From Lingula anatina (taxonomy: Eukaryota > Animalia > Brachiopoda): a stretch of 64,000 nucleotides of DNA. The stretch is taken from positions 26,398,225 to 26,462,224 of the forward strand of contig CM120640.1 in the NCBI GenBank assembly GCA_051362555.1, read 5' to 3'. A program made the translations under genes and the position numbers. The stretch's first letter is position 1. Every line of letters begins with the position of its first letter. Below, piece by piece: positions 30,198-43,900 of this stretch. The notes beneath the pieces were generated by a model. The model saw only the letters and a list, made by a program, of their open reading frames with translations. It was not told the origin of the DNA and did no database searches.

Positions 30198-33100
30198 TCA
30201 CAAGCCTGATGTAAAGAATATACGCTCAAGTACAGGGCCATCTATTGGTTCAGATTGTACCTCTTTGAAACCATGGCTAGACCGGGAAAAGCCATTCTCT
30301 TTAATGATCACGTTGTCAGTAGTTGCTACAAGCGAAACATTAAAGGTACCCTTGTTGGATTTTGAAGTCGGCAGAAGTAGGGGCAAAACAATTTCTCCTG
30401 CAGTTGAGTTGTGTCTATCACTGAAATGAGTTTCGGTTTCTGTCGTTGCCATTTCACCAACAGGTGTCCCCACACTAGGTCTGCCATCCTCATCTGTCTG
30501 TCTCTCATGCACGCCTTGAACTCCACAACCTTGAACACATTGACATTCTGACAAAACACCTTCACCTCGTCGGCCACAAGCACCGATTTTATTTTCATTT
30601 CCAATGTCGGCTCGAATCTGCCAACCCTTAGAACATAAGGTAACAGTGAGTCTCGCTTGGTCACAGTTGCATGTTCCCGACGACAGTACGTTTGACTGGT
30701 TGTCGTGTGTTTGATGAGGATGTGGGCAGTCGCCGTTCGTTTCTAGCAGGGCAACTTCAGTATGCAAGACGTCGCCTAACAATCTACTTGCCCTCAGTTG
30801 TGACATTGATCCATGACGTTTCCACAGTACTACAATTAAAGTCGCCACCGAGACAAGGAAGCCGGCCAGGAACAAGAAGGCTGCAACTCCTTTTTTCAAC
30901 CAGGTATATGGGGTGCCTTCTTCACTTTTCGACCCTGAAAACAAAATACCGTGCGTTGCTGTTACATTTCAACGTTGGCAAAAACAATTAATAAATGCAG
31001 AAACTTGGTGTTAAAGTTTTGGAAACATTTTAGTAAATCACCTGCTGCGCTCTTGCAATCCCACAAAGGTTATCTATTTACCCAATTCCTGCAATGCTCA
31101 ACTACATACTTATTCTCAAAACATTTTCCTGATAATAATAAGATCTCCATGTTCCATTAAGCGCGACTTTAGTTTCGTCGTCCACTGGCTAATCACTATT
31201 TGTGCGGATGGTTTTAATTGTGGATGAAGTGTGGCGTGTGTTTGCATGGTGGATAGTTTTTAGTATATGAGCACGTTTTGATCGACTTAACGAAATGATG
31301 GTTCCCGTTCGTATTTGGTTTGTCTTTCGGTTCAAATGAAGTTTATGAACTTATCTTTAAGTCATGAGAACTTATCTGTAAGTCATTTAGCTAAATTAGG
31401 CAGTTCTATGCACACATGTATGGCCGTCAAACAATATTATTGGGTTGATTAGTGTTTCCATAATATTGCTAACAGACAAGCGGTCAATGCAGGTAAACTA
31501 TTAGTATATGGACAAATAATACGCAATAGAACTTCTATGGTTAAACAAAACCAAAAATAACCTTGGCGGAGGTAATAAACAAGACTTAAGTGTCATTTAG
31601 TGGTGATGTTGGACCGCACGAATCAAGAACTATTAAGTTGATCTTTGAAACAAATGTTTTTGGTTACTTTTAATTTCTTCGGCTAATTTTTATCTGATTT
31701 TTAATTCAGCCAAAGTAACGCGTGAACACGAAAGCAGAAATGTTGACATTTCAAACATTGGGCAGAAAGACCAATTTGGTGATGGCGGTCTTTTGGTTCA
31801 AATGAAGTTTATGAACGATTTTAGTAAAGGGTGTGCGGGTGACATCTTGTCATTGCTACATTGTACGACCAATCATTGATTGTAAAGGGATTTGATTTGA
31901 TACAAAAAGTGCCTTTACCTCTTGTATAGCGGGAATAAGGTTTGAGCAATAAATGTCGAGGTTCATGATAAGATATGGTTGACATGAAAACGGGGTTGTG
32001 GGAAACGTGTTTTATGGAAATAAGAAAACACACAGGTTGACTTGTCAGTCTTGTTTCCTTCATTTCTCCTGCATTTCCTTCATATCCTTATTGTAAGCGG
32101 GTCTCTTCATGGTTATTAAAAGGGGTTTGCGTGTGTGTTTAAAATAACGTGCGTCACAAAACGATCTGTATAATGACTTGTATCAAGCACAACATGTGAA
32201 ACGTTCTGTTATGAGACATTAGTGTCAACAGGCTAACAGCCTTAACCACATGATTCATATTTGTACTAGATGTTAGGCCATGTTTCTGAAAATGGTTTTG
32301 GGACAGATGTAATCATGTAAGACAAAACGATATCCTGTCAACTTTTTTGTAACCAACCACAAAGGCAAATGTTGTGAGCGTAAATCCATCACAGATTTTG
32401 CTTTTTAAAGTTACACTGAAAAGATCAAGTTTTTTAGGAATTTGTCGAGAATAGAAACTGAAAATCCTGGTGTCTTCGACTATTTTTTTAGACTTTCTGG
32501 TCATTTTATCAAGTTTATTAATATCATTTGAGCAGGTCAAGTAACTTCATTAAAGGATGCGCAGTACCTCTAAGATAAACATTCAGGTTACGTCAACGAA
32601 ACTAATAAAAAGAAAAAAAGAAACATCAACGATTCTTTAGCAGAAAAAAATGAAATAGAACCAAAGGTAAAAAAGAAGACAGAATCAATCAAATTAATTG
32701 GATACAATTTACGAAATCAGTGATAAGAACTAAGCCCCCAAGGATACCAGTTTGTTTAAGTGAAGAGCACTCACATTATATTGAAATGAAAAAAAAATGA
32801 CAACACCCTTGTCCAGTGAAAGATCACGTAATTTAAAAAATAAAAGCTCACCTGTCTCGCAGGGAGTACACTGCCAACCCGCACTGGTGTAACAGCCATC
32901 GGTTCCTGAGCACAACCAGCAGTTGCCTTCTAGCTGGTCGCTGCACAATATGCACGGCTCACTACTTGGACTGAGGCATATCGTCATATTATCTCTACGA
33001 CACACTGAAGCTGATGTGATATCCCAGCATAGAGAGCATCCTGATTTGATAGGAGAATTGCTGACCGCATAGTTTTTAAAATTTTCAGGTGATTTGTTAA

Positions 33101-33287
33101 CTCTGTACTGAAGTGGACAACGCTGCAATTGAAATTCGGTTCCGGTGGTAACATTTTTAATTGTAGCTACATGTGTGCTGGCTAAGATCAGTAGAATAAT
33201 ACTGATCTGATGGGTCACTTTTAAGGGAGTCATTGCTGTTAATACGTATCGTGTTTTCTTTAAGACTTTGCCGCATATATTCATCAT
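30198..33287 (-). CDS. Uncharacterised type I membrane protein with Cys-rich ectodomain. Exons 33287-32852 and 30934-30198; possible readthrough to 29979
   Basis: Hydrophobic signal (ISIILLILASTHVA), 10 Cys in CxxC-rich spacing, phase-1 GT-AG intron (ACAG|GTGAGC ... TTTTCAG|GG), TM helix GVAAFLFLAGFLVSVATLIVVLW followed by KRH, long cytoplasmic tail. Confidence 0.75.
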
Positions 33288-33585
33288 TGACGGACACGCC
33301 TTATTCTAGCTTTAACTGCTGCAGCAATGATATCTCCCTGAAGTAAACTTTTTTACGCGATGTTAGTGGTGAACAATAACCCCCTAAGAGTTATCTTTTA
33401 TAGGTAATTGCAAATGTTCGGCAAAGATGGTGTTTATTTTCAATTAGCCTTTTCAGCTTTTATGATCTTAAGAGTGGAATGTGCACTTGCTGAAGACGTA
33501 AACATCTCTTTCAACCTCTCCCGTCGATTCCCTATCAAAAGGAAAATAATTATATCATGAAATACTCTAACATGTATTTGTATTA

Positions 33586-33759
33586 ATTTTTAGTGACAAA
33601 CACTGTGTGTGGTTCAGGCATCGTCAGATTTCATTAAAAATCATCTCTTCTACTGGTACCTTGAATGGTTTCCTACTTGGTCATTTTTAGTGACAAACAC
33701 TGTGTGTGGTTCAGGCATCGTGAGATTTCATTAAAAATCATCTCTTCTACTGGTACCTT
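33586..33759. repeat. Direct duplication of a 77-bp unit (33586-33662, 33683-33759)
   Basis: ATTTTTAGTGACAAACACTGTGTGTGGTTCAGGCATCGT(C/G)AGATTTC...TGGTACCTT occurs twice with one mismatch. Confidence 0.9.
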
Positions 33760-34921
33760 AAATACTTACTGGGGTAGTCATTTTCCCATCGTCTTACTGA
33801 ATTGTATTTATTCTCCTTTCCGAGGAACAGTTGAACTGCATGATGTTATTATCTTTTAAGGTTGCCCTCTCTTTCCAACAATTGTCTTTGTTTCGTAGGC
33901 GACTATAACGGTTCACACTAAACTCACCAAATGCTTTTGTGCTGCGATAAAATGAAATTATTAACATTTGATCTCTCATGTAAGAATCTTCTGTTGGTCT
34001 TTGTGCGCTGTTAAAGAAACCTTATCTCACACGTTATTTTCCACGTTATCCTTGGCTATCTTCCATGGTCATATAGGCTAGATGTTTATTTCAAGATTGC
34101 TTTCTTCTTTCGTAGCAACACGTTATCTTTCAAAACACCCACACATTGCGAAAATGGCGTTCGCTCTTAACCGGTTCAGACTCACTGCATTTCACAAAGC
34201 ATTGGCCAGACTGTCGCCACTTCAGCTGTAGGCTTTCTCTGTTCCTATTTTTAATTATTAATTAATTAATTAAGAAATTAGTAATTTCTCTAAAATTTCT
34301 CAAAAAGTCCGGCGTGGAACCTGTTCTATTTTTCCTCGTGTGAATGTTCTTATCCAGATGACGCAGATTATTGTCAAGGCAAACACGCACACTATGGTTG
34401 ATCTTTGACGAACAACAGGTGTTTGCACATCAGACTATTTGTTACCGAGCCATTGCCTCGATTAGGTATCCTAATTCACTGCTTATAATCCCAACAGATA
34501 TATATGAAATTATGCCTAACAGGCTAGACGCTTATTACCTCGGCAACCTATATTTGGTATTTTGTACGTATATGAAGAAAATGAAATACATTGTATATGC
34601 AACGCCCCCTTTATTCTTAGCTGCGACCTTTCGCCTTTTGTTGTGAGACAAAAAATGGTTAAGACGCTCAATGGTCGCCAAAGTCAAAAATCATGACACT
34701 GGGAAAATGTTCCAGCGATTATTGTGCCTCCAGTGAACGATCAAATCTGGCATTTGAGATTGCCTGCTCAGATGCAACTGTTGAGACTTAAAGGTACATA
34801 TGAATGGATTGCCAGTAACACATATAAACCACTTCTACTAGATTCTTATACGACTGAAATAAAGTCGACATGCCAAGGAATAAACTGAATAAATCACTCG
34901 ATCAGCCATAAAAGAGCCGTA

Positions 34922-35146
34922 GATCCCATTTCCATAGATTTTAGATCGATCTATCCCTGTGGGGAGTCTCACTAGATCACTGTCAGCTTAACCGGCTTAA
35001 GCGTCTGTCCCGCCTACTGTAAGCTGTAAGGGGGTAATTAACTATGGTGCGCGCTCGGCTGACTGCAATTTAGCGTGAACCCCCAGGGAGTTAGGTCGAT
35101 CTAAATCTTAATCTCTAGATCGATCTAAATCTCTGGGAATACACCC
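34922..35146. mobile_element. MITE family A
   Basis: GATCCCATTTCCATAGATTTTAGATCGATCTA...TAGATCGATCTAAATCTCTGGGAATACACCC with GTA/TTA flanks; body collinear with the 10126 copy. Confidence 0.88.
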
Positions 35147-35739
35147 TTAGACTGCTCCTTTCTCTAAATTTTTGGTTAGAATTTTGACCTATTTATGTGA
35201 CCTACTTTTCTGCCCCTTGTATATACCGTATAGTAAGCTAGCAGAAAAACCCATTCAAATATCTATTTCGGGTAATATTAAACAATGTCTTTTGGTAATT
35301 CTCTTAATTATACTGTTTGAAACTATATGTTGGCATTTGGTTCGTTTTTGTGTCAATAAATGACTTTGTATGCAAAGGGTAAAGGCGTCAGTTGTAAATG
35401 CCTTTTCTGAATGCCAACAATGCTTCATTTTACTCTGCTAAATCTTCGTTTACAGTCCTGTGCATTTAAGTAGTATTACAGAGAAAAGAACGAAAAAATA
35501 ACTTTTCCTGACAAAACGGCAATAAGTAAATAAAAAACATACTATCACCCTGATTGGAATACTTTTGTTGGCGTTAGGGCATTATTTGTAGAATTTTGGT
35601 ATTTTCTATGATTCATTTTTTTTTCAAATATGGTTTGCACCTTAATGGCATTTGTACCTTTCCCCTCAAAAACAGAACCACATGACAGTACGTGTTATAG
35701 TGATGATTGTGCTATTACCAATTGTGTAATATGGCATCA

Positions 35740-35740
<1 letters not shown>

Positions 35741-35776
<36 letters not shown>
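35741..35776. repeat. (ATA)n microsatellite
   Basis: Visible run. Confidence 0.9.
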
Positions 35777-35783
<7 letters not shown>

Positions 35784-36611
35784 TGTGTGTAGGTGGAGAC
35801 ACACGTTATTCTTATTTGGAATGACCAGTCCTTATTTTGTATACTTCTGATTTTCTCGGCTTAATTATTAATGTTGCCTTTCATACGGATGTCCATTTGG
35901 CAGCTTTTTTTTTTTCTTCTTTTTTGAGACACCGCGTTGAAGTCTTACCCAATTACCGAACAAAGGTGCAAACACTGTTCTACCTTCTATCCGGTAACTA
36001 AAAACACTTTGAAATGACGTTTACTTCAAAACGCAGTAATTATGTTACATGGGAGATCTTTCAGCCACCTTTTAACGGCGCAGGTATTCACAGTTCTAGT
36101 TAACAAACGCCTTTAAAGGAAAATACTCTGTCGGATTCAAGATCCATGTGGGGGGGGGGGGGTCACAGTGATAAAAAGCAGATTACCTTAAGTCACTCTG
36201 TATGTCTGCGTGGGAAATCGATCTAGCAAGCCAAAGAGATTATTGGCATATCGTATCACTGTTTAATTGCATGGGCTATTGTGTCTGCCTTTTAATAATT
36301 GTGGCTGGCGATGAACATATTATCTCTCTTTCTCTTTTTGTGGATATTTGCTTTGTATGCTAAGTTCAAGAAGAGGCTTAATGTTTGGTAGACTTTCTGA
36401 TTTCATCACATCTTTGAAAGGTTACATTAATTGTAACATGATTAGTCGGGTGATCGATGTAGGTAATGTTTACCTTATTCGGACTTTTATTGTAAGTATA
36501 ATGCACATTATTGATCTACCGCATAAGTAAAGTGAAATTGATTATGTGATCAATGACGAAATTTGTTGATGGGACTATAACTAAAAAGTATTCCAAAGGC
36601 TGCGTTCGAAC

Positions 36612-39600
36612 ATGGCTGGTCTCGGGCGTTGGGCGAAAGTGGCCGTGGTGTGGCTAGTTTTGAAGCAGTGGACTGTTATCCAGGCTACGGAAGGTAACAT
36701 AACAAAGTTAATAACTTTCAACTTATCTAATGAAAAGGTTATTTCTTCTAATGAGGCAATAGCGCAGGGAAAGAATATTAATACAGTACCAGTGGATTTT
36801 GATACGGTCAATATTGGCAATTTTCGCTACAGTCTTCGCACAGTCAAAAAATGAATCTTTTTTCTTTAAATTGTTGACGATTGCTGGTTTATTTATTTAT
36901 TTGTACTTCCTTTCATGTTTCGTTTTTAATTGGCTAGTAGAAAACAGAGTCAAATAGCAACTTTTGCTTGGCCCTTTTAGTGTGACTTGTATTTCGTGTT
37001 TCTGACAATTGCTACCAAGAGGAAATAAGCATATGAATGACACAGTAATTATAGATTTTATCAAAGTATCCCATCAGTCGAAATACATGTTACTCTTTTT
37101 ATTATCAAGAAAAAACGCCAAATTGTTTGTGACATATTTTATCATCTTTACTTTAGGTACATTTACATCTTTATTTTAAGTACTTTTATCATCTTTATTT
37201 GATGTTAAGTGTGTGAACATTTTAAGGTTCAGACTTGCCCTCAAAAAAATAAAGTGCGTGCCTGAAATAATCTGCAGTAAAACTGCGCCTCGTTATAAAA
37301 GATAACTTAGTGAAATTTATATCTCATTCACCTCAAAAATCAATTGTCAGGGTGTGTATTTCTGCTATACATAGCATTCAAAAGAAAAAATCGATCACTG
37401 TTTTTTCACTTTAACAATAGAAGTTTTCCGCTTCGAATGAGCTGCTAATTAATCTGTTGCGAGGTGAACGTGGAGGAAAAGAAATAAAGGTAAACCGCGA
37501 ATGAGCAAAAATGTTCCTTAGCTTTGTGGCTGGATCATACATGAAAATCATCAAAAACAAGCCTTATTTAGGCTTGTGTTTGATAATTTTCATGTATGTA
37601 AACCGTGAACTTTCCAATGTGCATTCTAATCATGTTTACCAATGTGGCTTACTAGAGGGTGTAAGTATAAAATTTCTTTGATTTCTGAGATCTCTTGTTG
37701 TTGATAATAATATCTTTTCAGGACAGTGGCGCAAGCCTCTTGGTGTCTGGATTATGGACGATGTGCACAACTACCATGACGTTAGCGGTGGTATAAATCA
37801 CGCCTCTTCCGCCGGAGGTTCCATTTCTAAAACCACGGGGCCAAGAGGGGAAACAAACGGCGGAACACAGTTTATCGGGACATCGGATTCCTATGTGATC
37901 CTCGGCAATGACGGGGGTTTAGACGCCCGGTATTCTTTCACGTGGGTGGCATGGATAAAGAATGAGGGTTCCACGGAGGCACCCCTGTTCAGTTTTCATA
38001 ACTCCGGAGGTGACAATTTCGGACTTCATTTTTTTCAACATCCAAACGACCACTCGTTCACGGTTGTGTTTCGGCAACGGAGTGACGGCGCTAGCACGAA
38101 CAACTTTTACACTGTTGCTAACGTCCTGACGCTGAATACGTGGGTCTTGGTTGCAGTCACCTACGATTATACCCTTGGGGTGATGAAAGTTTATAAGGAT
38201 GGTCAGGTATGGTTAATCTGCTCATTATTTAGATCCATTTAAATAAAAAAGATGCCGGCTGTTGAAAATGAAACCCTGATAATATCTATTCAGTATTTTT
38301 TTTTTTTGCAAGATTGTACCTGAAATAGCGTTTGTGCAGGCAGCATGATTGTTTGAATGGGTAGTTGCGTGTTATGACAAGTAAAGTGCTTTAAGGCGTT
38401 CTTCATTCCACTATCACTACCATAGCCACTGTAACTGATACATGAATCATGCGTATGCAGTTTTTGTAAGTTTCATAACAAAATAGACCATAAAATGCAA
38501 CTTTTAAAAAATCTTAAAAGATGTTAATTTTTGTCATTGCAATCACTACTCTCTTGGTCAGGTGGTCCATACAGAGTACCCTGGACAATATGAACATTCA
38601 ACTGATGGCCAGTATGTGGCTATCGGTTCACGGAATTCTCTGGCCTCCGACAGCAGACATTTTGCCGGAGTGATGTCCTGTATACACTGGTATGATGTTG
38701 CCTTGACCCAAGCTCAGGTGAAGCAAATTGGTGCCAACTGCTTCACACAAGGTGAAAATGCGTCAAACCCTGTCTCTAATTTGAAAATTGTTTGTAATAA
38801 TACTGTCTTGATACTAAATAATTTACAGTTGTTTTAAATAGTTGGCTCAGAATAATATGATGATGCCTAAAAGTTTTGTAGGTTTTATTTAATTTCGTCA
38901 ATCCTGTTTAGTTAAGGCTTATGTAATCTTCAGGTTTACCCATCACATTGCAGGTTTACCCTTACCAGCTGGCTGGTGGCCACTAGACAGCGACTATAAA
39001 GGACTTGACGTTACTGGGAATGGGAATAACGCAATACTCAGCAATGTGAGCCCTCATACCGGTCCATTCCTAAACAACATTGGCTCCTACTATCTCCGAG
39101 GAAGTTCAGATTCTTACATTGAAATCCCGAACAACGGCAAGCTTGACGTGAGGTATTCGTTTACATATATGGCGTACATCTGGCCCACCCAATTGTCTGG
39201 AAATGGGCTGAATGGAGAGGGCCCATTGTTTGACTACTACGCTGGGACAGGTGCCACATGGGCAGAGCACATTTGGGTTACGGGCCAAGGTCTCTCTCTC
39301 TACGTATGCAGTTTTAACAGGAATTTTGCGTCGACGGGATGCACATCGAAAAATATCATTACCAGTTTTTCTTGGCAGCATCTTGCATTAACCTATGATT
39401 ACTGGATAAATCGTATTACTCTCTACAAGAATGGTGTACAGGTGTTCACTTATACACCAACAAAATCTGAAATTGGTACCGCAGGTTCTTATATAAGAAT
39501 AGGCGCAAAGGTCGGCGATAACCGTTTTTATCAAGGGAATGTCGGCTGCCTCAAATTATATGGAACCCCGTTGTCTCAAGCCGAAATACGACAGTCAATG

Positions 39601-40863
39601 CATTACTGTTCCCCGAAGGGTCCATCGATTTTACGCAGTAAGATAAAATAATGCATTTTTAAAATATTTCATTACAAAAATATCCGCATGTCCAATCGAG
39701 AAGGTCTAAACAGTTGTATCGATAATATCGATAAATACTTATTCTTTGTTGAGAAAAAGTAGGACTTATTGTAATATTCAATGTAAATAATTACATTTTC
39801 TACATGCACGTTCTCACCTAAAACTCTTCTCAAAGACTTTTTGTCAGCCATTTTTCTTTTTCTTTAAGCGTATCCGTTACCAGCTGGATTTTGGCCCTTC
39901 AGTAAAAGCTACAGCAATGAAGACATCTCTAGTCATGGTATTGACGCCGATCTGTATGAGACATCATTCGTCACTGGGCCTCATGGTGATCCGAATGGTG
40001 CAATACGAGTTTCGGGAACCAGCACGTCTTATATTGAGTATCCTCAGAGCACTGTGCTGGATGCAAGATTTGCCTTTACTTTGATGCTTTGGTATTTACC
40101 AGGTAAGCAACATTCTTAAATGTGTCGTTTGGGAAACTTACAGGTCAGACGTAAGAACACTTCGCGTTGTAAAGCAAATAATAATGCTTAAAAAAATGCT
40201 AACTGTAAAAGTGCAATGCCTTAAACTTAAAGCGTGGCAATATTTTGTTGAGACAGTGAAAAATTTCAATTAAATTCTGTAAGTTCGTTTGAAACTGTAC
40301 TTTTTCAAATGTAACAAAAATAGGTCGGTACCAGTTAGGCCTAATAGCCAATTCAAAATGACATTTTGTTAATCATCGAAGAGGCATACCTACCATATAC
40401 ATGCGTTTCGTATTACCTTTTTCTTCTTGTTAGTCGAGTTGCTACACCCTTACGTCTCATACGTAAACCTGGGAATTCTGTTATCTATGCACTTTTATTT
40501 ATCCCGGGTATCAAGGTGATCTAAAACAAATTTGCATGTTTGTCCTTTGCTGCATCTTTTAGGTGGTGAGCCAAGTGGTCCTATATTCCAGAACGAGCAT
40601 CCCACAACTGGCTGGGGATTGGTTATTTGGCAGCACTCTTCGAAGGAGAATTTGTATGTGGCCCTTAGGCAATGGTCTGATGGAGCGCATATTTCGGACT
40701 GCACATTTCAGAATATATTTGAGGAAGATGTTTGGTTACATCTAGCTGTTACATACAATTATGGCACTGGCATAGTTACTGCCTATAAAAATGGAATTGA
40801 GTTTGGAACTGCTAACGTCGGATCTGTCGAAGTGGCGACAAATTATGAATTTAGAACTGGTAA

Positions 40864-40918
<55 letters not shown>

Positions 40919-43900
40919 TGATGTGTAACTATATTGTACCGCTCCTGTCGCTCTTGTCATTGTTCTGTATCTTGCATATGGCTGTATAGTGTTCACTACA
41001 ATTTTAGTACAGCAACGCAATCCCTTTTCGCAGTCTCTTGGATGATGTCCTTCTTCCACACTTCCAATATGTCAGTCTCTTTCTAGATGATAGTAACGTT
41101 TTCAATAAGGAAACCATAATAGAAAAAAGGACCGAGCTATATGGTAGTATTCAGGAAAGTACAAATATATTTATATACATCAGGTGTCAAGAAAAGTGAC
41201 AGCAGAGTTATAGATGCCAGTCTGTTCTGCTTGAAGTGGTACACGACCGATCTGGATATTAATCAGATCAACAAAGCCAAAGATCAATGTTCTCCGGATA
41301 TGTTGCAGCTCTTCAACAAAGGTACTATATATATAATTTTCGTTAGAAAACATTTGATACATTTTAAGAATTTTTCAAATTATTTGCTTACAGCTTCAAT
41401 AGACAACAAATAGTACAATGTTTTTGTGCATATTATCAAATTAAACAGTTCGCTTCAATCGTTCTTTCTTTTCTCAAGTATCTGTAGCAACGCACAGTCC
41501 ACAATGCGCTTTTCATCATGGCGTTTATTTGAAAAAATATATAACTATACAAGTGTCAGACACAAAGTGATGCCCAACTTGATCTTATGCTCACGTTCTA
41601 CCTATCTGCAGATGGCATACAGCCCAAACCAGTGGGTCTTTGGATGCTTGGCGGCAAGGACGGTCTGAAAGACAAAGGCCGTGGTGGAAATGACGGAGTG
41701 CGCAGCCAGACTCACATTCAACAGGATGGACCTCGTGGAGAGCCATACGGATCGTTCTACTTCAACGACTCGCCAAGTGATCGTATACGGATACCAAACA
41801 ATGGGTGGTTAGACGTTAGACGTTCCTTGACTGTTGGGGTCTACATTTACCCAATGTCTGTTAGCAGCACTGCGTATATCGTAGAGTGGGACATGCCGGG
41901 TGGGACCACTACGTATGGCCCTCACATAGCACTTATGTCAGGAGGACGAGTGTACTGCAAATTCAATACATATTATCAATCGAACGGAGCCACCGGTGGG
42001 CCGTATGCTACGTCACCTAATGGCGCCGTTCAAGAACAGAAATGGCAGCACCTTGCAGTTGTCTACGACTACGATAGCGGGGAGGCAAGTGTCTGGGTGG
42101 ACGGGGAGGTTAAGCACAGTTTCTACGCCGGCCAACTCCAGTTAGGAACTCACGACAACTTGTACATCGGACATGGCTATGCTTCAACAGGGAGTGACTT
42201 CTTTGGTCGTATGGCTTGTTTCCAAATATATGACGTCGCACTCTCTCAGACACAGATTATAGCCAGCAAAAACCTGTGCGTACCTGAAGGTGAGCTATTA
42301 TTGATATTATTGTGATTTAAACAGTAGTTGTTTTTTCTGGCGTTTATCTTTGAATCTTTGTACTGAACGAAACAAAACGTGAATTCAAGTGGTGAATTTG
42401 GATACAGCGTTGGATTTTGAATTAATGGGAAAAATATTGAAATGATGGAGAAAGTATCAAAATGAAATTGAGTTACAGAGTAGGCCCTACTGGGTAAAGC
42501 GAGTTTTGAAATTGATTTGCAGTATATGGATTTTTCATATCGAAACTCGGAAAAAAATAACATTTCTCAATAATACTGGCTTTTAATCACTATTTTTAAT
42601 TGGAAATGGCAGACCAGAGATCTCGGACGACTACCGTACAAATTCAGTTTTTCAAGTCCTTTTTGCAAGACGTAGTTAATTAATAACACCTTTGCGACTT
42701 ATATGTTACAGGGGGACTTCCTCGCCCAATAGGTCTGTGGCCGTTGAACTCCCGATATCAAGGTCTGGACGTCAGCGGAGGAGAGAGCCACGCCTCTTTA
42801 GGAAATGTTACCTTTTCCCCGGGTATGTAACTGCGATCAGACTAAAATATTCCTATTTTCTTTACATTTCCTCCCTGTCAAAGGGCAAGCTATCAGTGAT
42901 AGACTGAAATCGGTAGATTAGTGAACATTGATAAATTGAAATTCTGATTAGTTTATAGAAATGACTATGTTATTGTTATTGAATGCTGTATTTGTGTGTT
43001 TATATTGATTTTCTTATTTAAAGGGCTCGATGCGTTTTTTTTTCTCCTGTCACGACAGACCAATGATTTTGCCAGGGATAAGCATAGCCCTATTCTGAGT
43101 CCGTAAAATTTCATATATTGACTAAAAATGCAAAGATTATATTGTAGCCGACTTTTTAGATATAATTTTAGTGAAAGTACATAATTATTTGATTTTAGGC
43201 CACATGGGACAGATGGGTGGAGCAACTAGTTTTTCAGGGACGGCTGATAGTTACATCGAAATTGCAAATAGCGGAGCTCTGGATGCCAGATTTTCTTTTA
43301 CATATTTGGCATATGTATACCTCTCTAACACTACAATTGGACCAATATTCAACTTTGGGTCAAACGCATCTACGCAGGGTAATTACGGACTACATGCGTG
43401 GGTCACGGGCGGGTATAGTTTTTTCGTTCGTGTAAACGAAAGAAGTGGATACTGGGGGGTTTCTATGGGCAGTACTATGCCATTGAATAGCTGGCAGTTT
43501 GTTGGAGCGACATATGACTATGCCTCTGGGATGTTGCGTACTTGGTTTAACGGCATAGAACAAGACAATTTATACGTGGGTCGTTTGGAAGTGGCCACAG
43601 AGGATTACGTCCGTATGGGGTCCAGAAGAGCAAGCTACGGTGACAGCCGTTACTTCTTGGGAACACTGGAGTGCGTGCAGTTCTACAACCTACCCCTAAG
43701 CCAGTCGCAGATTAAAAAGGCAATGGAACTCTGCAAAGGAGCAGGTTTGTACCCCCCACGTCCCCTTTATCTCGTATGTAAAATGTTTTGCACATTAAAA
43801 AGTATCGATTCCATTGGTTTGATATAGAATCCGTTTTGGCATGACGTCAATCCTTCTATCGGCATATTTAGTCCAATAGTTCGAAATCGATATCCCGTTG

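Noticed and set aside
30046-30429. Plus-strand 127-aa ORF with an acceptor-like site at 30045
   Set aside because: Antisense to the better-supported TM-protein exon; no partner exons found.
38931-38961. Duplicated acceptor CAGGTTTACCC 20 nt apart in the LamG gene
   Set aside because: The upstream site is out of frame and probably a small local duplication; no evidence of use.
40216-40230. ATGCCTTAAACTTA resembles the 5' end of U12 snRNA
   Set aside because: Only ~14 nt match. The branch-pairing region, stem-loops and Sm site do not follow.
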